Origin: a virus
Lineage: Duplodnaviria; Caudoviricetes
Length of the DNA stretch: 61,600 nucleotides
Direction: 5' to 3' (one strand)
IMG/VR virus record: IMGVR_UViG_3300037264_002513
Location: 1 to 61,600 of that record
Position numbers and translations under genes: made by a program. Below the pieces are notes generated by a model. It was not told where the DNA came from. It did not search any database and saw only the letters and a list, made by a program, of their open reading frames with translations. Positions 28,301-34,815 of this stretch are shown one piece after another; position 1 is the first letter of the stretch; each line of letters begins with the position of its first letter.

Positions 28301-29817
28301 AGCTTCCCGCCGACGCCTTCGACGAGGCCACCCGTGCGCTCCGAGAAGATTTCGACAAACTGGTCGGGGATGGCCTTCGCCAACGCCGGCACGAAGTCGT
28401 CGTCCCAGTCGCGGAGAGCGTCCGCGCCGCCGGCCGCCTCGTCCGTAGTCGGGGCCTGGCGCCGAGCCGCTTCGGCCAGGATGCGATGGGGGAGCACGGC
28501 CGTCTGCGCCAGGGCTCCCGCCGTGTAGCCGACCGCCTTGGTGGCAAACCGTTCTGCGGCCCGCTCAGCGGCCGTCGTGGCGCCAGACGTGGCGAGGCGC
28601 TTGACGACCGCCTCGGTGACGAGTGCCTTGGCGCCGGTGAAGAAGCCGCCGGTCGCCATGAACTCCACACCGAACGCCGGGATCTGGCTGGCGACGTTGG
28701 CGATATCGTAGAGGATCGACGTGCCACGCCGCCTGGCTTCCGCCTCCTTGGCGATGTAGTTGTCGAGCACCTGGTTGTCGGCTTCCGTGTTCTTTCCGTC
28801 CCGCACCCGTCGGGCTGCTCGGATGAGGTTGTAGCCCTCCGCGATCGCGGGAATGGACCCGATGAACGGCAGCTTCGACACGCCTTCCGCGCTGAGGCTG
28901 GTCCTGGGGAGTTCCACTTCGGGGTGCATCGCAAACGGCGCCTCGGAGGGCATACCGCCGGCGCCAGGCGTCGCCGTGGTAAGGCTCGCCAGGAAATCGG
29001 CCAATCCGAGCGGCCCTTCAAGGTCTGAGGGCGGCGGCGGGGCCTTCGGCTTAATCGTCGGCAGCTTGAGGGGCCCGACTCCAGGCGTCCGCTTCTCGGC
29101 AAACGACATCGGGCTCTGTTGCGCGGCGACAAGAGCCTGCTCCACGCCGGCCGCCATCGTCGGCGCGCCAACCCTCACGCCCATGATGATCGGCTCGAGC
29201 CCCGCGAACCGCGGCGGATTGAACGGCGTCGGCGTCCGCGTCGCCAACGCCGCGAGCGCCTCGTGCGTGGGCTTCCACACAGCGGGGGGCCCGACAGCGG
29301 TGGTCACCCCGTGGGCCACCATCGGCGTCGCCGGCCGCGGGGGCTCAGGCGTGGCCGCGAGCTCGGCGGCGGCCTCGGGCGACCATCCGACATCGAGAAG
29401 ATCTTGGTAGTCGCCGCGGGGCAGGGCGGGGTGGCGCTCGCGCGTGCGGGTGCTGAACCCGCCGGCAAACTCATTCGGGTGTCCGCGGAGCTTGAAGTCC
29501 GACGGCAACCGCCCCGTGACCGGATCGGGCTGCGCGCCCGATTGCACGGCCAGCTCGGACAGATAGTACTGCGGCTCATGCGAGGGGATCGGCTCCATCC
29601 TCGGGATAGCCGGCGGCGACGGGACAGGCGGGGGCGTCAGTTCATGCGAGGGCTGCGGCGGAGGGATGTCGGCCATCGCCTCCCGCTGACGCAGGAACCC
29701 CATGGCGCCCCCTCGCCAATCGTCGACGGCCGGGGGCGGGGTGATAGCGTCCAGCGAGGCCGCCGTTGGGGCCCGCTGCTCGAGGAACTTCACGATGGAG
29801 TCGCGCCAGTCGGCCAC
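16366..29817 (-). CDS. giant DarB-like polyvalent internal virion protein (N6-adenine MTase + SNF2 helicase + zincin-like + LPD38-like C-terminus), 4483 aa
   Basis: ILEPAIGTGHF and ISNVPFG (MTase), AHAVGAGKT / IVDEAH / MTGTP / QQEARGIRQGN (SF2 helicase), ILHELGHH; follows ejection genes. Confidence 0.9.
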   Translation of the reverse strand: MADWRDSIVKFLEQRAPTAASLDAITPPPAVDDWRGGAMGFLRQREAMADIPPPQPSHELTPPPVPSPPAIPRMEPIPSHEPQYYLSELAVQSGAQPDPVTGRLPSDFKLRGHPNEFAGGFSTRTRERHPALPRGDYQDLLDVGWSPEAAAELAATPEPPRPATPMVAHGVTTAVGPPAVWKPTHEALAALATRTPTPFNPPRFAGLEPIIMGVRVGAPTMAAGVEQALVAAQQSPMSFAEKRTPGVGPLKLPTIKPKAPPPPSDLEGPLGLADFLASLTTATPGAGGMPSEAPFAMHPEVELPRTSLSAEGVSKLPFIGSIPAIAEGYNLIRAARRVRDGKNTEADNQVLDNYIAKEAEARRRGTSILYDIANVASQIPAFGVEFMATGGFFTGAKALVTEAVVKRLATSGATTAAERAAERFATKAVGYTAGALAQTAVLPHRILAEAARRQAPTTDEAAGGADALRDWDDDFVPALAKAIPDQFVEIFSERTGGLVEGVGGKLAKLPVANRIVALKEAVLSRWLQLHPDRGVRDFFDQVRTKSGWNGIIGEMFEERVGEVMRAAQPYLREPGQPQPAMLRMVTGEPTAETVHGESARAQAMREFGRQLVVEAAAFAVPGTVRGLAELATSGRPPREPGPEPVPMVGRELHVPPAGRQQQPPRGPAAAPPSPPPPPSSAAVAPPVAATPGPPAAEPPTAEEKAAAKAEMKRRMQEAGLLPPDVVPQEKPDAVQEPSAAPPDAREAPEDRGAVGPGVRAPEAPPAARQAEGPAAEEVAEPTTPAGEPGRFTKGQEVEVLDFDGEWKKTDVLEDTDAEGRTKVQHPSLVMQPMWPPGARSYRETMRAKPHQIRVVGGEAPAEVAEAEEPAPVKPAEFAVGTRVTFKSVIDQRPGEASYTRTGEVVGVAGKWVRVRVRDVHTRNSPGGQALYELLPGQLTNAEASVTEEVAPSAPSSAPPPTSTGMLASDGTWYEGPKAGVRRTVAGNYELKFPGKPAPNVLDGLKKAGWRWSPPSKVWYHKPGPGVEDTVYNVTGVQRPRKTETAPVERGPAIDQIISKGAAADQFEPGDAVTYNGKPYTVGKPARRGDLLTLRDADGLAMGVDARDVTRQETKAEAPAVTFTKATIIPTREGVKTEVTEVGGFKVGDHVTGFEGSGIITQIRTEDPPAARLMLDSTKTYGKWTNLSGLERIEPTVSREEEESKAPVAKHVPSPASTRPNFEHFETSDKGLEDDIKGLLNSQTNVGLTKYEQDDLASMEAELGWRENTLVYDSATNEALHDLLTHIESWDKNADATSQKGRELLEAEGQIIIDVLGHSYVRAYHAAVDVMTQDELSFASALLEGHLGVELEPSTELDRAITRLRRDALEAAGQQRIDFEKAEEPAKPAEFKPPTTAQTKAAPTKYEATKAALDAEEAAILAKIRAKMNQLNVGIDPEMAGLAVQLLGVYARKGINEFGEAVRQAIDQLGRPTVERMAIYLDAGWSLLHPEAEEVSTHQVLTTLPAEPTVQEEGTDAASTTGAGVRGRPAVEAGVTGQPPGGPRAEGAEGVAGEQPAAAEAAPAAGGQAEGGAGRPRGGRRGPRRGGADVGGGRQPSPGERAGDASDVDTADDVDDPNVVTAHARGERPKHFRISDVEELTTGGSWIGKLENNMAALRLLKQLDAQKRPATADEQAVLAKYIGWGHTNLAPVVASKKAADLAGKDPRLGKAREELERLLTPAELKDLGESVINAHYSFSDIPRALWSLAERLGFKGGRILEPAIGTGHFFGTMPPAIVEHPRTVLFGVDKEPVAAAIAQQLYQGAIVQASPLEEARVPDEFYDFVISNVPFGKVEVFDPAFVSPARALMTRSIHNYYFGKALDAVRPGGLVIFVTSRYTMDSQNDSVRAYIADRAHFLGAFRMPSSAFKTTAGTEVVTDVIVLQKKEPGATLAQGIPGWIESVKREDLGKEWNEDKGRDEFIHTNEYFVAHPENILGEEDRSGKMNYRATGYNVTGVMTPDDLARVVDSFPKNTYKATLRPDRRKFAKDVPLDSKNGSYVMDGKHIAVYNNGTTERVPLTGKTAARVKAFIPLRDAYQVVLDAMTTGQDDATLKAAQAELRKTYEAFVAGFGRIALTENKRAIKADPNASRIITLEVTETYSEKDASGRKKRVVDFIGLADIFSKRVVDKVEEPTKAASPQDALVQSLAWKGHVDLEYMAGLLESTPDAVTKGLTGELFFEPKTKVWVTREEYLSGDVVTKLEQAQFAAELDPAFKPNVEALEKVQPAPKTPETFEAPFGATWVPDDIYESFLRAVGNTSSLTVKLSNNEHRTEFHVDGFGGTHEFMPEGTNFVEWAYEALNNRLPRIYNEEKVDGETIKIFSQEKTDQYRESLKQLREQWALWWKNNDKAAETLTNIYNALLNREVPRKFDGSRILIVGANPELRWHPWQKNVVWRTLQGGNTMIAHAVGAGKTFAGIAIAGEWKRLGLARKPMIVVPNHLVEQWRADFQYVYPGARVLVPDESDFQKDRRQELIARITNQDWDAIVMAQSQYLRISVKLATLKAFIQQQEDELIANGAEQADVSREDFKDQVDAKEAGKKGLFGRGTTASVKDIVRAILNLRARLRKRLDQQKKSSPVTFEELGVDGLIVDEAHMFKNLYFSTGKNDIVGLKGSDAARSMDMFLKARYLNEQSKSRNLVFMTGTPVTNTMSEVYTVFRYLAQPQLADVGMAGFDAWANAFAVAAPESEPKPGGGYKERTRLRYWVNLRELTGLFWRFADVFTTQQLIEAKNPDGTPVVTLPAIKNGRPTVITTPPPPGHEEFMAEIRDRLEALKGGKVDPKDDNHLKIYTQASLEAIDMRLIDPEAPENPQGRLVAAADKIADIYRASQDDLGTQLVFLNAGAPRTVEPLNLGGQRVEAFDDADKMVVDEDQGEIVTDEEEEQTVLDAVASLETGRDLYKDLKRKLIAKGIKPQEIAFIHQAPEPGDKIRLFRAVREGRVRVLIGTGAKMGTGMNVQTRVVAVHELDAPWRPDWLEQQEARGIRQGNTNKEVEIVRYVTKGSFEEYRWGLLATKQDFLTKFYRGELDSMEDLDPAQMDQKTAAALASGNPDALTLVHKDRELRSLRGRRVNFLQRQRKARRAIDSGDAEAKRDEERIAQNDADLAVLDEWAKKPTAIITHNPSRFYLEELDTPLTFDLKDTDARKAFQAKLEAILQSGYASYRSDPVVVGRVGPYVLVIQAYGRDEFKVVNGEPTTDRIQIQAPQLFLSNDTTIGEKRRGPLRTVLPFASLPEWDEKVPPDYRRSLDAHTKREALEKLGGFSRKSLAQWAEDRKGHLEVLGKQFGQDAELEALEAEVRRLRVSVGQDEAPETPGREPAAEEPPSDEDDEDAMPMGGGAPRRHMMPLPARSALPTRASAPGPAGPQMNRDEILAAFQKFFADVPMSVRRFQQRAGGIYKPDVWAIRTKVSKDLQVILHELGHHVDKAVMQIRPARAAGANRAVAVELEALGEVTTPPSKLKDRQYKRKEGAAEYLRLWFTEPEAAATQAPAFTALFEAYLNSDKALGAFFREQQAQIQGLLAMTPEQELEERIDWNGEPGRWSRFRDWVLGTTSDPRDALQKLNDALNDDNLPILRVEQAMEKGLPVKDYGSSAYVAFRTLAGTSGEAQTFLEDHIRRADGTIMGPGFLTAVREVLNRKDYRPFVAYLVARRAQEYHEQGLETGIRPSTVEAAMAAEVPERFVTAAERVTAYWDTLLQWAVEHDYLSRDSAEAMRARNTRYVPWERVMDAADAAFRGPGTKKQNTPQAIKARTGSARRIVDPIVTSIKNTFTFVRTVEENTARLKLVDLIHDEGGARFLERVSMKQVATRFNLDRVRSAILAVLAANGVTVGEEIPNDIEFDALVTVFTPAIIAQGDARIVTVLRDGKREWYEVHDDAIWELLVNAQPQQPRNWITKFAVGAASLLRRAATSTLSFAMRNPIRDTIDAKTKAAYHHSFLKTLAAAGLIIKNDESWQRFRAAKAAQASIVAVDRDYAKNEIKKFQHGRLRRTLDKTVFNPFEGLRALAELSDNATRLQAFRETEKKLAAQGIGGAEREARAAFTARESTQDFAKMGSVVRRYNRYEAFLGARIGGWTRIATELGDPDKRAAYAFKAFLYGLLPGLLLWLLNREDPEYRELAGWERAAFWHIPNGRGGWVRIPRPFDVGDIGNVLETYLDWAVDNDPEAIQRLPFAGVGDADLLKAFLALAPTAVLPVLEAAANYDTFRKRPIVSPFDLDLPLEQQYSQWTSTFSKQVGPAIGLAPAMLDHIIYGYTSATGQFISSLVSKAEEKAGWAPPSASRGLRDVPGIGAFVGQKATGQATSLERFRQRKASLEQYSRMVNRYVREGQIPKAQALLTKNAKAAQELSGLRRADAQIRLVTQQIRLVRQRFDLTPAEKREIYDRLYDAVIDMARYANGEASLPERHPPVSPGLLVKVPSTMHGWVTKPRLTRAAEPAAEGGR
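24900..25274 (-). CDS. nested alternative-frame ORF (124 aa) inside giant gene
   Basis: Purine-rich AGGAAGAAGG before ATG; helical-looking product (LKVWLANSPPLRKLHQQPEGKLKVEQAVREAV) while the host frame is low-complexity linker. Confidence 0.5.
   Translation of the reverse strand: MQRLPRERVYEEGQPSKPVSPVNPLEGLELKVLKVWLANSPPLRKLHQQPEGKLKVEQAVREAVDAALGEEALMLGEGASPAQVSELVMPAMWTPPTMSTIRTWSPPTRAASGPSTSVSAMSKS
27483..27623 (-). CDS. nested alternative-frame small phage protein (46 aa) inside giant gene
   Basis: AGGAG RBS, then MPYKSLAQLRLMHAKHPKIAARWDREYELPKHLPQHVKPKAPPQKK*; resembles the MP(F/Y)KSxAQ...HPxIAxxW small phage protein pattern. Confidence 0.65.
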   Translation of the reverse strand: MPYKSLAQLRLMHAKHPKIAARWDREYELPKHLPQHVKPKAPPQKK

Positions 29818-29820
29818 GGG

Positions 29821-31290
29821 CTACCTCGCGAGAAGGCGTCGGAGTTCTGCCACTTTCTGGGTGTGCATCGGCGACCCCTGCTGCCCTTGCCGTTCGAGGC
29901 TGACGATCTCGTTCATCAGCCGTTCCGCCTGTGCACGGACCTGTTCGTCGGCCGCGGCGGCCATTGTCGGGGCGGGCAACGGCCCAGCCGGCGCCGCAGG
30001 CGCAGCCGGTGGCATCGGACCCGCTGGTGGCGGAGGCGGCGCAGCCGGAAGCGCAGCCTGGGGCATCGCAGAACTCGGCCGAGCCAATGAGGCCAGTCCT
30101 GGCGCGGCGCCGGCAGGATTCACGGGCGGCTTGAGTTCCGTCGTGCCCTTCACCGGGTTGCCGGCGAGGTCGTAGACGGGCGGCCGGATCGGCCAGTACA
30201 CGTCCAGGGCCTTCTGGACCTCGATGCCGCTGAGATTCGGATGCGCAGCCTGCAGCTCAGGCATGGCCCGCGCGAGCTCGGATTCGGCCTGCTCCCGCGT
30301 GTAGCCGCTGTTCCTCATCTTGGTGAGGTAATGGTCGACGCCGGTGGGGAACTTCGGGTTGTCCTTGAAGGGCTCCTCGCCCTTCTCCGGCTTTTCCGGC
30401 GCCCGCTGCGAGGCGCTGAAGGCCGAAATCAACGCGGCGCTCTCCTTTGCGGTCTTCGGCGGCCCATGCTCCGCCACCCAGCCCGCGTGAAACACCGCGA
30501 ACTCGTTGATCGCGGGCTTGGCTTCGTCCATCCACTGCAATGCCGCCCTCCGCTCCGTCTCGGTATTCACGGGGTCGAACGTCGGTGAAAACGCCTGGGC
30601 GAACACATCCTGGAGGCCACCCATCTTTGCGTACGGCTCGATCGCTTTTCGCCGTGCATCGAGGTCAGCCTGGTCCCTGATGGGGGTCTTCAAGACCCGC
30701 ATCCCGGCACTAAAGACCGCCGGCAGCGAGGTCACCTGTCGGTAACCTCTGGCCTCTTTCCGCTCCTCCTCCTCTGCGCGTTCTCGGAGAAACTTGCCGG
30801 TCATCTCCGGCTCGACGGCCATGCCCTGGCGTCGCACCTCGTCAGGATCGTCCTCGCCGTAGATGCCGATGAGTGCACCGACCTGTTGCTTGTTCGACCG
30901 GTCGGTGGCGGCGTTCGTCCGTCGCGTGATCTCGTCAGCCTTGTCATCGAAGCCGTGGGTGGCGTAGACCTCCGCGCGTGCCGCGGGGGGGAGGTCGCGC
31001 GCCGTGACGGCCAGCGTATCCAGCAGCTTCGCCTTGTCCTCTTCCCGCATCAGGCGCGCTGTTTGGGCATCGGCGAGCTTGCGCCCCGACTCTCCGGCCT
31101 TGTACTTGATGAGGTCGCTCATCGTGTCCCCGGCCGTGTTAATGATGTTGCCCCACATCCAGGCGTTGGCTGCGCCCTCTTGCCGCATCCGATCTCCGGC
31201 GACAAGCCCCCGCCGCCGGATGAGGTCCGACATGCGCGCCGTCGAGGCGCTTGAGTCGTACGGGGGGCGTGCGTAAGGAATGTTGGCCAT
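29821..31290 (-). CDS. probable ejection/internal virion protein
   Basis: MANIPYARPP start with TAATG coupling; position between DNA-transfer genes and giant gene. Confidence 0.7.
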   Translation of the reverse strand: MANIPYARPPYDSSASTARMSDLIRRRGLVAGDRMRQEGAANAWMWGNIINTAGDTMSDLIKYKAGESGRKLADAQTARLMREEDKAKLLDTLAVTARDLPPAARAEVYATHGFDDKADEITRRTNAATDRSNKQQVGALIGIYGEDDPDEVRRQGMAVEPEMTGKFLRERAEEEERKEARGYRQVTSLPAVFSAGMRVLKTPIRDQADLDARRKAIEPYAKMGGLQDVFAQAFSPTFDPVNTETERRAALQWMDEAKPAINEFAVFHAGWVAEHGPPKTAKESAALISAFSASQRAPEKPEKGEEPFKDNPKFPTGVDHYLTKMRNSGYTREQAESELARAMPELQAAHPNLSGIEVQKALDVYWPIRPPVYDLAGNPVKGTTELKPPVNPAGAAPGLASLARPSSAMPQAALPAAPPPPPAGPMPPAAPAAPAGPLPAPTMAAAADEQVRAQAERLMNEIVSLERQGQQGSPMHTQKVAELRRLLAR

Positions 31291-32357
31291 TATGCCTGTG
31301 CTCCCAATTCTGCCAGCCAGCGCCGACGTTCCTCGAACATCAACTCGCGCTTCCACAGATCCGACTCAGCCTCCACCGCCTTGCGGAACGCATCGTCGGT
31401 GCCGTAGACGACCTTGCGGAAGTCGTCGTCGTTCTTGTAGACGTACTCCTGCCAGTCGCGATCGAAGTTGAGCTCGGCGGCGCGCTGGCCGGCGTTGGTC
31501 TGCGTCTGCCAGCCCAGCAACCCCGGGGCGTACTCGGCCCCGCTGCCCTCGAAGGCCCGATCCCACACGTCCTTGTCAGCGCCCCAGTTCCGCTCCCAGG
31601 CTTCGCCCTTGCGTTTGTCGGCCGCCGCCCACTCCTGCGACGCCAGGCCCTGCCCGAACGCCGTGAGGTCGGCCATGTGGCCCCCGGTTCTCACGGTGCC
31701 TTTCGCCGCCGCGCCCATGTCCGCGGCACGCACGCCCTGGCTGAGCCGCCAGTCGTAGCCGGGGTCAGCGAGCAACTCCTCCTGCGTCAGCGGCGTATAC
31801 CGCGCGGGCGGCGTCAGCGTCGGAGCCGTATAGGCTGGCGGCGCGACGTACGGCGGGGCCTGGAAGTTGCCAGCCGTGGTGGAGGGCCCCAGCGACTCTG
31901 GCAAGGACAGACCACCCCATGGCGCCGGGGTCGCCGCCGGTACTGGAGATGCTGGCGCTGGAGACGCCACAGCTGGCGCTGGAGACGCCACAGCTGCCGG
32001 TGTCGTGCCGGCGGGGACCGCAGATGCCGGCAACGTCGCGGCGACCTCCGGGGTCATCGCGGGCGCAGCCGCAGGGGCCACCCCGGGTGTCTGCAGTTGC
32101 TGGTCTGGCCCGATGTCGGTCGGATCCCAGACCAGCTGGCCCGCTCCGTTGTCCTTCCACCGGCCTGGTTGCCCCGGCACGTTCACTTGAGGGCCGGGGC
32201 CGGCGGGATGAGTACCGCCGGTCGGCAGAATACTCTGAGCCGCGTCCCCGCCAGGCGCACCGGGCGCACCGATCTTCCAGGCCTCAGCGACCTCGTCCTC
32301 GGTCAGGTCGCGGCCGAGCGCCTCGCTCAGACCGTCGTACGGATATCCGCTGGCCAT
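31290..32357 (-). CDS. DNA transfer (ejection) protein
   Basis: DPGYDWRLSQG...AAAKG...GG...L..FGQGLASQE motif characteristic of P22-like DNA-transfer proteins. Confidence 0.75.
   Translation of the reverse strand: MASGYPYDGLSEALGRDLTEDEVAEAWKIGAPGAPGGDAAQSILPTGGTHPAGPGPQVNVPGQPGRWKDNGAGQLVWDPTDIGPDQQLQTPGVAPAAAPAMTPEVAATLPASAVPAGTTPAAVASPAPAVASPAPASPVPAATPAPWGGLSLPESLGPSTTAGNFQAPPYVAPPAYTAPTLTPPARYTPLTQEELLADPGYDWRLSQGVRAADMGAAAKGTVRTGGHMADLTAFGQGLASQEWAAADKRKGEAWERNWGADKDVWDRAFEGSGAEYAPGLLGWQTQTNAGQRAAELNFDRDWQEYVYKNDDDFRKVVYGTDDAFRKAVEAESDLWKRELMFEERRRWLAELGAQA
31951..31996. repeat. 21-bp tandem repeat (2.2 copies) encoding AVASPAP
   Basis: GCTGGCGCTGGAGACGCCACA x2 + GCTG. Confidence 0.85.
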
Positions 32358-32361
32358 GGTG

Positions 32362-33234
32362 CTACCTCTTCGTCAATGAGCTCATGGGCATCTGCGTCGC
32401 CCCCTGCGCCAGGAGCCTGTAGGCTTCAGGCGACATCGTCGCGTAGGGATCCAGAGGCGCGAAGGCGGGCGGGGGGCCGTAGTCGCGCGGGGTGTAGGTC
32501 GTCGGCGGGACGTTGGCCGCCGTGAATCCCGCGAACGCTGCAGGCGGCGTCACCGTGGAAGCCGGAGGTGCCACTTCGGGCTTATACCCGGGGCCTCCCG
32601 AGGGTTGCCAGCCCCAGCCCCTCCACCCCGCGCCCGCGCCGAGGCCGACATCGAACTGGTTGATGCCTTCGAACTTGGGGTCGATCTCGGTGCCGAGGTA
32701 CAGCTGATCGCCCTTCGGACCCACCAGCGTGGCGTTCTTGAAGTAGCCCGACGGGTCCATCCGCAGCATCTGCAGCATCGCCTGTCGCTGCGCGGGGTCT
32801 GCTTGATTGAAGTTCGACGCGATCCTAGCAAACACGTACTTCGGACTCCGGTGCGACAAATCCGCGAGCTTCCCCGCATCGAAGCCCTCGAGCCGGCCTC
32901 GAGTACCCGTAGGCACATCGCGTGTGGCCATGCCCGACGACCCAGTGGCCAGCTGGTACTTGACCAGGTCAGCCCACCGCGCATCGCTGACCGCTTCGAC
33001 CTTGCCCTTGCCGGCGAGCACGTAGACCTTCGCCGCTGACACTTCAGATGGTTGCAGCCAGCGGTAGTTCCCGTCCTCGTAGAGCATCGCCCCGCCCTTC
33101 TCGTTGGTATAGAGGGCGAGCGTCGCGGGCGCGGGGCCACCGCCACCGGTGATCGGATCGGCCTGGGGCGGCGTGTAGGGATAATCCCCCTGGTACGCCG
33201 AGGGAGCCGACGCGTCGACGAACTGGGTTGCCAT
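32362..33234 (-). CDS. hypothetical virion protein
   Basis: 290-aa ORF with TAATG coupling in ejection-protein block. Confidence 0.7.
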   Translation of the reverse strand: MATQFVDASAPSAYQGDYPYTPPQADPITGGGGPAPATLALYTNEKGGAMLYEDGNYRWLQPSEVSAAKVYVLAGKGKVEAVSDARWADLVKYQLATGSSGMATRDVPTGTRGRLEGFDAGKLADLSHRSPKYVFARIASNFNQADPAQRQAMLQMLRMDPSGYFKNATLVGPKGDQLYLGTEIDPKFEGINQFDVGLGAGAGWRGWGWQPSGGPGYKPEVAPPASTVTPPAAFAGFTAANVPPTTYTPRDYGPPPAFAPLDPYATMSPEAYRLLAQGATQMPMSSLTKR

Positions 33235-33935
33235 TATGCCACCTGAGTCTTTCTCCGCCGCACGAGGGAGGCGAGCGAGGAGCCGAAGCCGGCGGACTTC
33301 ATCAGAGTAGAGATGTCCGCTGGCGTCAGCGTTGGCGGCGGCGCGGCCAGGGTGTCGTACGCCGCCGTCGTCATCGTGGGCGGCACACTTCGATCCGCAG
33401 GCGGACCCGCGGCCTGCCCAGCCGGCGCGGGAGCCAACGTCGGGGGCAGGATGTTCGGGTCGGACAAGTACGGATGCTGGGGAGCGGCCGGGGCCGGGGC
33501 CGGGGCCGCAGCCACAGGCTCAGCGGTCGTCGGTGGCGGAGCCGCCGGGGCCGCGGCAGGCGCGGAGAGGCCAGCCAAGGTAGCCAGCTGCGCGAGGGCC
33601 CCGGCACCCGCCGCTCGGTACGGGGCCATCTGTCTCTCGCGGTTGGCGTACTTCTCCCGCGCGAAGCCGATGGTGTCTTCGCGGTTGAGGTCGAAACGAC
33701 GCGTCTCTTCAGCCTGGCTTATTTCCCATTGGGTCTTGGCTTCTTCCTGCGCCCGCTCCCATTCGGCTTTACGTTCGGCCTCCTTCTCACGCTCGAACGC
33801 GAGCTGCTTGTCGAGGGCCGCTTCATCAGCTGCCGCGGCACGCTGGGACGCCCCCTTCTGGCTCTTCGAGGCAACGACCGTGGAGGCGGTCGTCGCCACC
33901 GCCGAGATGATGGCCGCCGCAACCATGTATGGCAT
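33234..33935 (-). CDS. P22 gp7-like DNA transfer protein
   Basis: Ala-rich hydrophobic N-terminus, coiled coil, APYRAAGAGALAQL motif. Confidence 0.65.
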   Translation of the reverse strand: MPYMVAAAIISAVATTASTVVASKSQKGASQRAAAADEAALDKQLAFEREKEAERKAEWERAQEEAKTQWEISQAEETRRFDLNREDTIGFAREKYANRERQMAPYRAAGAGALAQLATLAGLSAPAAAPAAPPPTTAEPVAAAPAPAPAAPQHPYLSDPNILPPTLAPAPAGQAAGPPADRSVPPTMTTAAYDTLAAPPPTLTPADISTLMKSAGFGSSLASLVRRRKTQVA

Positions 33936-33946
33936 GGGATCTTCTC

Positions 33947-34321
33947 CTAGTTCTCGCGCATCGGCAGCGCGTAACCGGTGCCAGGCACCGGGACACCACC
34001 GAGCTTGCGACAGAGCCCTTTGACCGCGTCTGTCGTGGCGGTCGTGAGCACCACGCGCACGCCCCAGTCAAACGCAATGCGTTGCATCCCGCGCACCAGG
34101 CGGCTGACCACACCGACCGCGTGCCGGTGTGATTCGGCAATCCAGACACACTCCCCGTGTACCACGCGTATCGCCACCCAGACGCCCACGATCTGCTCAT
34201 CCTCCTCGACCACCAGCACGCGCGTATTCAGCGGGTCCAGCTGCGATCGGATCGGTCCCGCCTCGGTGGCGTCCAGGCGCGGCCATTCGTCGAACGGGAG
34301 GATGCGAGAGCGATAGCTCAT
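33947..34321 (-). CDS. GNAT-fold protein (P22 gp14-like position)
   Basis: VLVVEEDEQIVG...WIAESHR...LCRKLG; between tail and ejection genes. Confidence 0.6.
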   Translation of the reverse strand: MSYRSRILPFDEWPRLDATEAGPIRSQLDPLNTRVLVVEEDEQIVGVWVAIRVVHGECVWIAESHRHAVGVVSRLVRGMQRIAFDWGVRVVLTTATTDAVKGLCRKLGGVPVPGTGYALPMREN

Positions 34322-34815
34322 GTCGCCACTCCCGGCAGCAGCTCGACGACGAGGTCGAGCGCGAACCGCATCGAGGTGCCACCCACGCTGCTGTAGGCCA
34401 CCCCGTAGGTGATCGGGCCGTCCTTGTCGACACGCATGAGGACCGTGCCCGTTTGCACCGTCGCGGGCGTGTTCCCCGTCGCCGCGGGCCAGGTCTGACT
34501 ACAGGCCACCCCGCTGTCAGTCCACCCCAGCGTCACCGCCGCGGAGCTGCTCGTCGAGGCGGCCCGCAAGATCCGCAGCGTGAACGTGACCCGGTACAGC
34601 GCCGCCGGGATGCCAGACACCGGCACAGCCGTCGGCGGGATGGCCGCTTCCGCCTGTACGCTGACGGTCTGCACACGACGCGTCGCGGCGTCTAGCTCAG
34701 ACACCACCGCCTGGAGCCACGAAATCCAAGGCCGCGTGAGGAAGCCGACGCGCTCGACCGGATTGACAGACACCATCGCGTCGCGTGGCAGCCCGGACAG
34801 ACGTTGTCGCAACAT
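34318..34815 (-). CDS. tail-associated protein
   Basis: ATG 34815 with TGATG coupling to gp10-like gene; LTRPWISWL motif. Confidence 0.6.
   Translation of the reverse strand: MLRQRLSGLPRDAMVSVNPVERVGFLTRPWISWLQAVVSELDAATRRVQTVSVQAEAAIPPTAVPVSGIPAALYRVTFTLRILRAASTSSSAAVTLGWTDSGVACSQTWPAATGNTPATVQTGTVLMRVDKDGPITYGVAYSSVGGTSMRFALDLVVELLPGVAT

Noticed and set aside
23242-29028. 1928-aa plus-strand ORF
   Set aside because: Antisense shadow of the giant minus-strand gene; stop-poor because of GC-rich codon bias, with no recognisable motifs.
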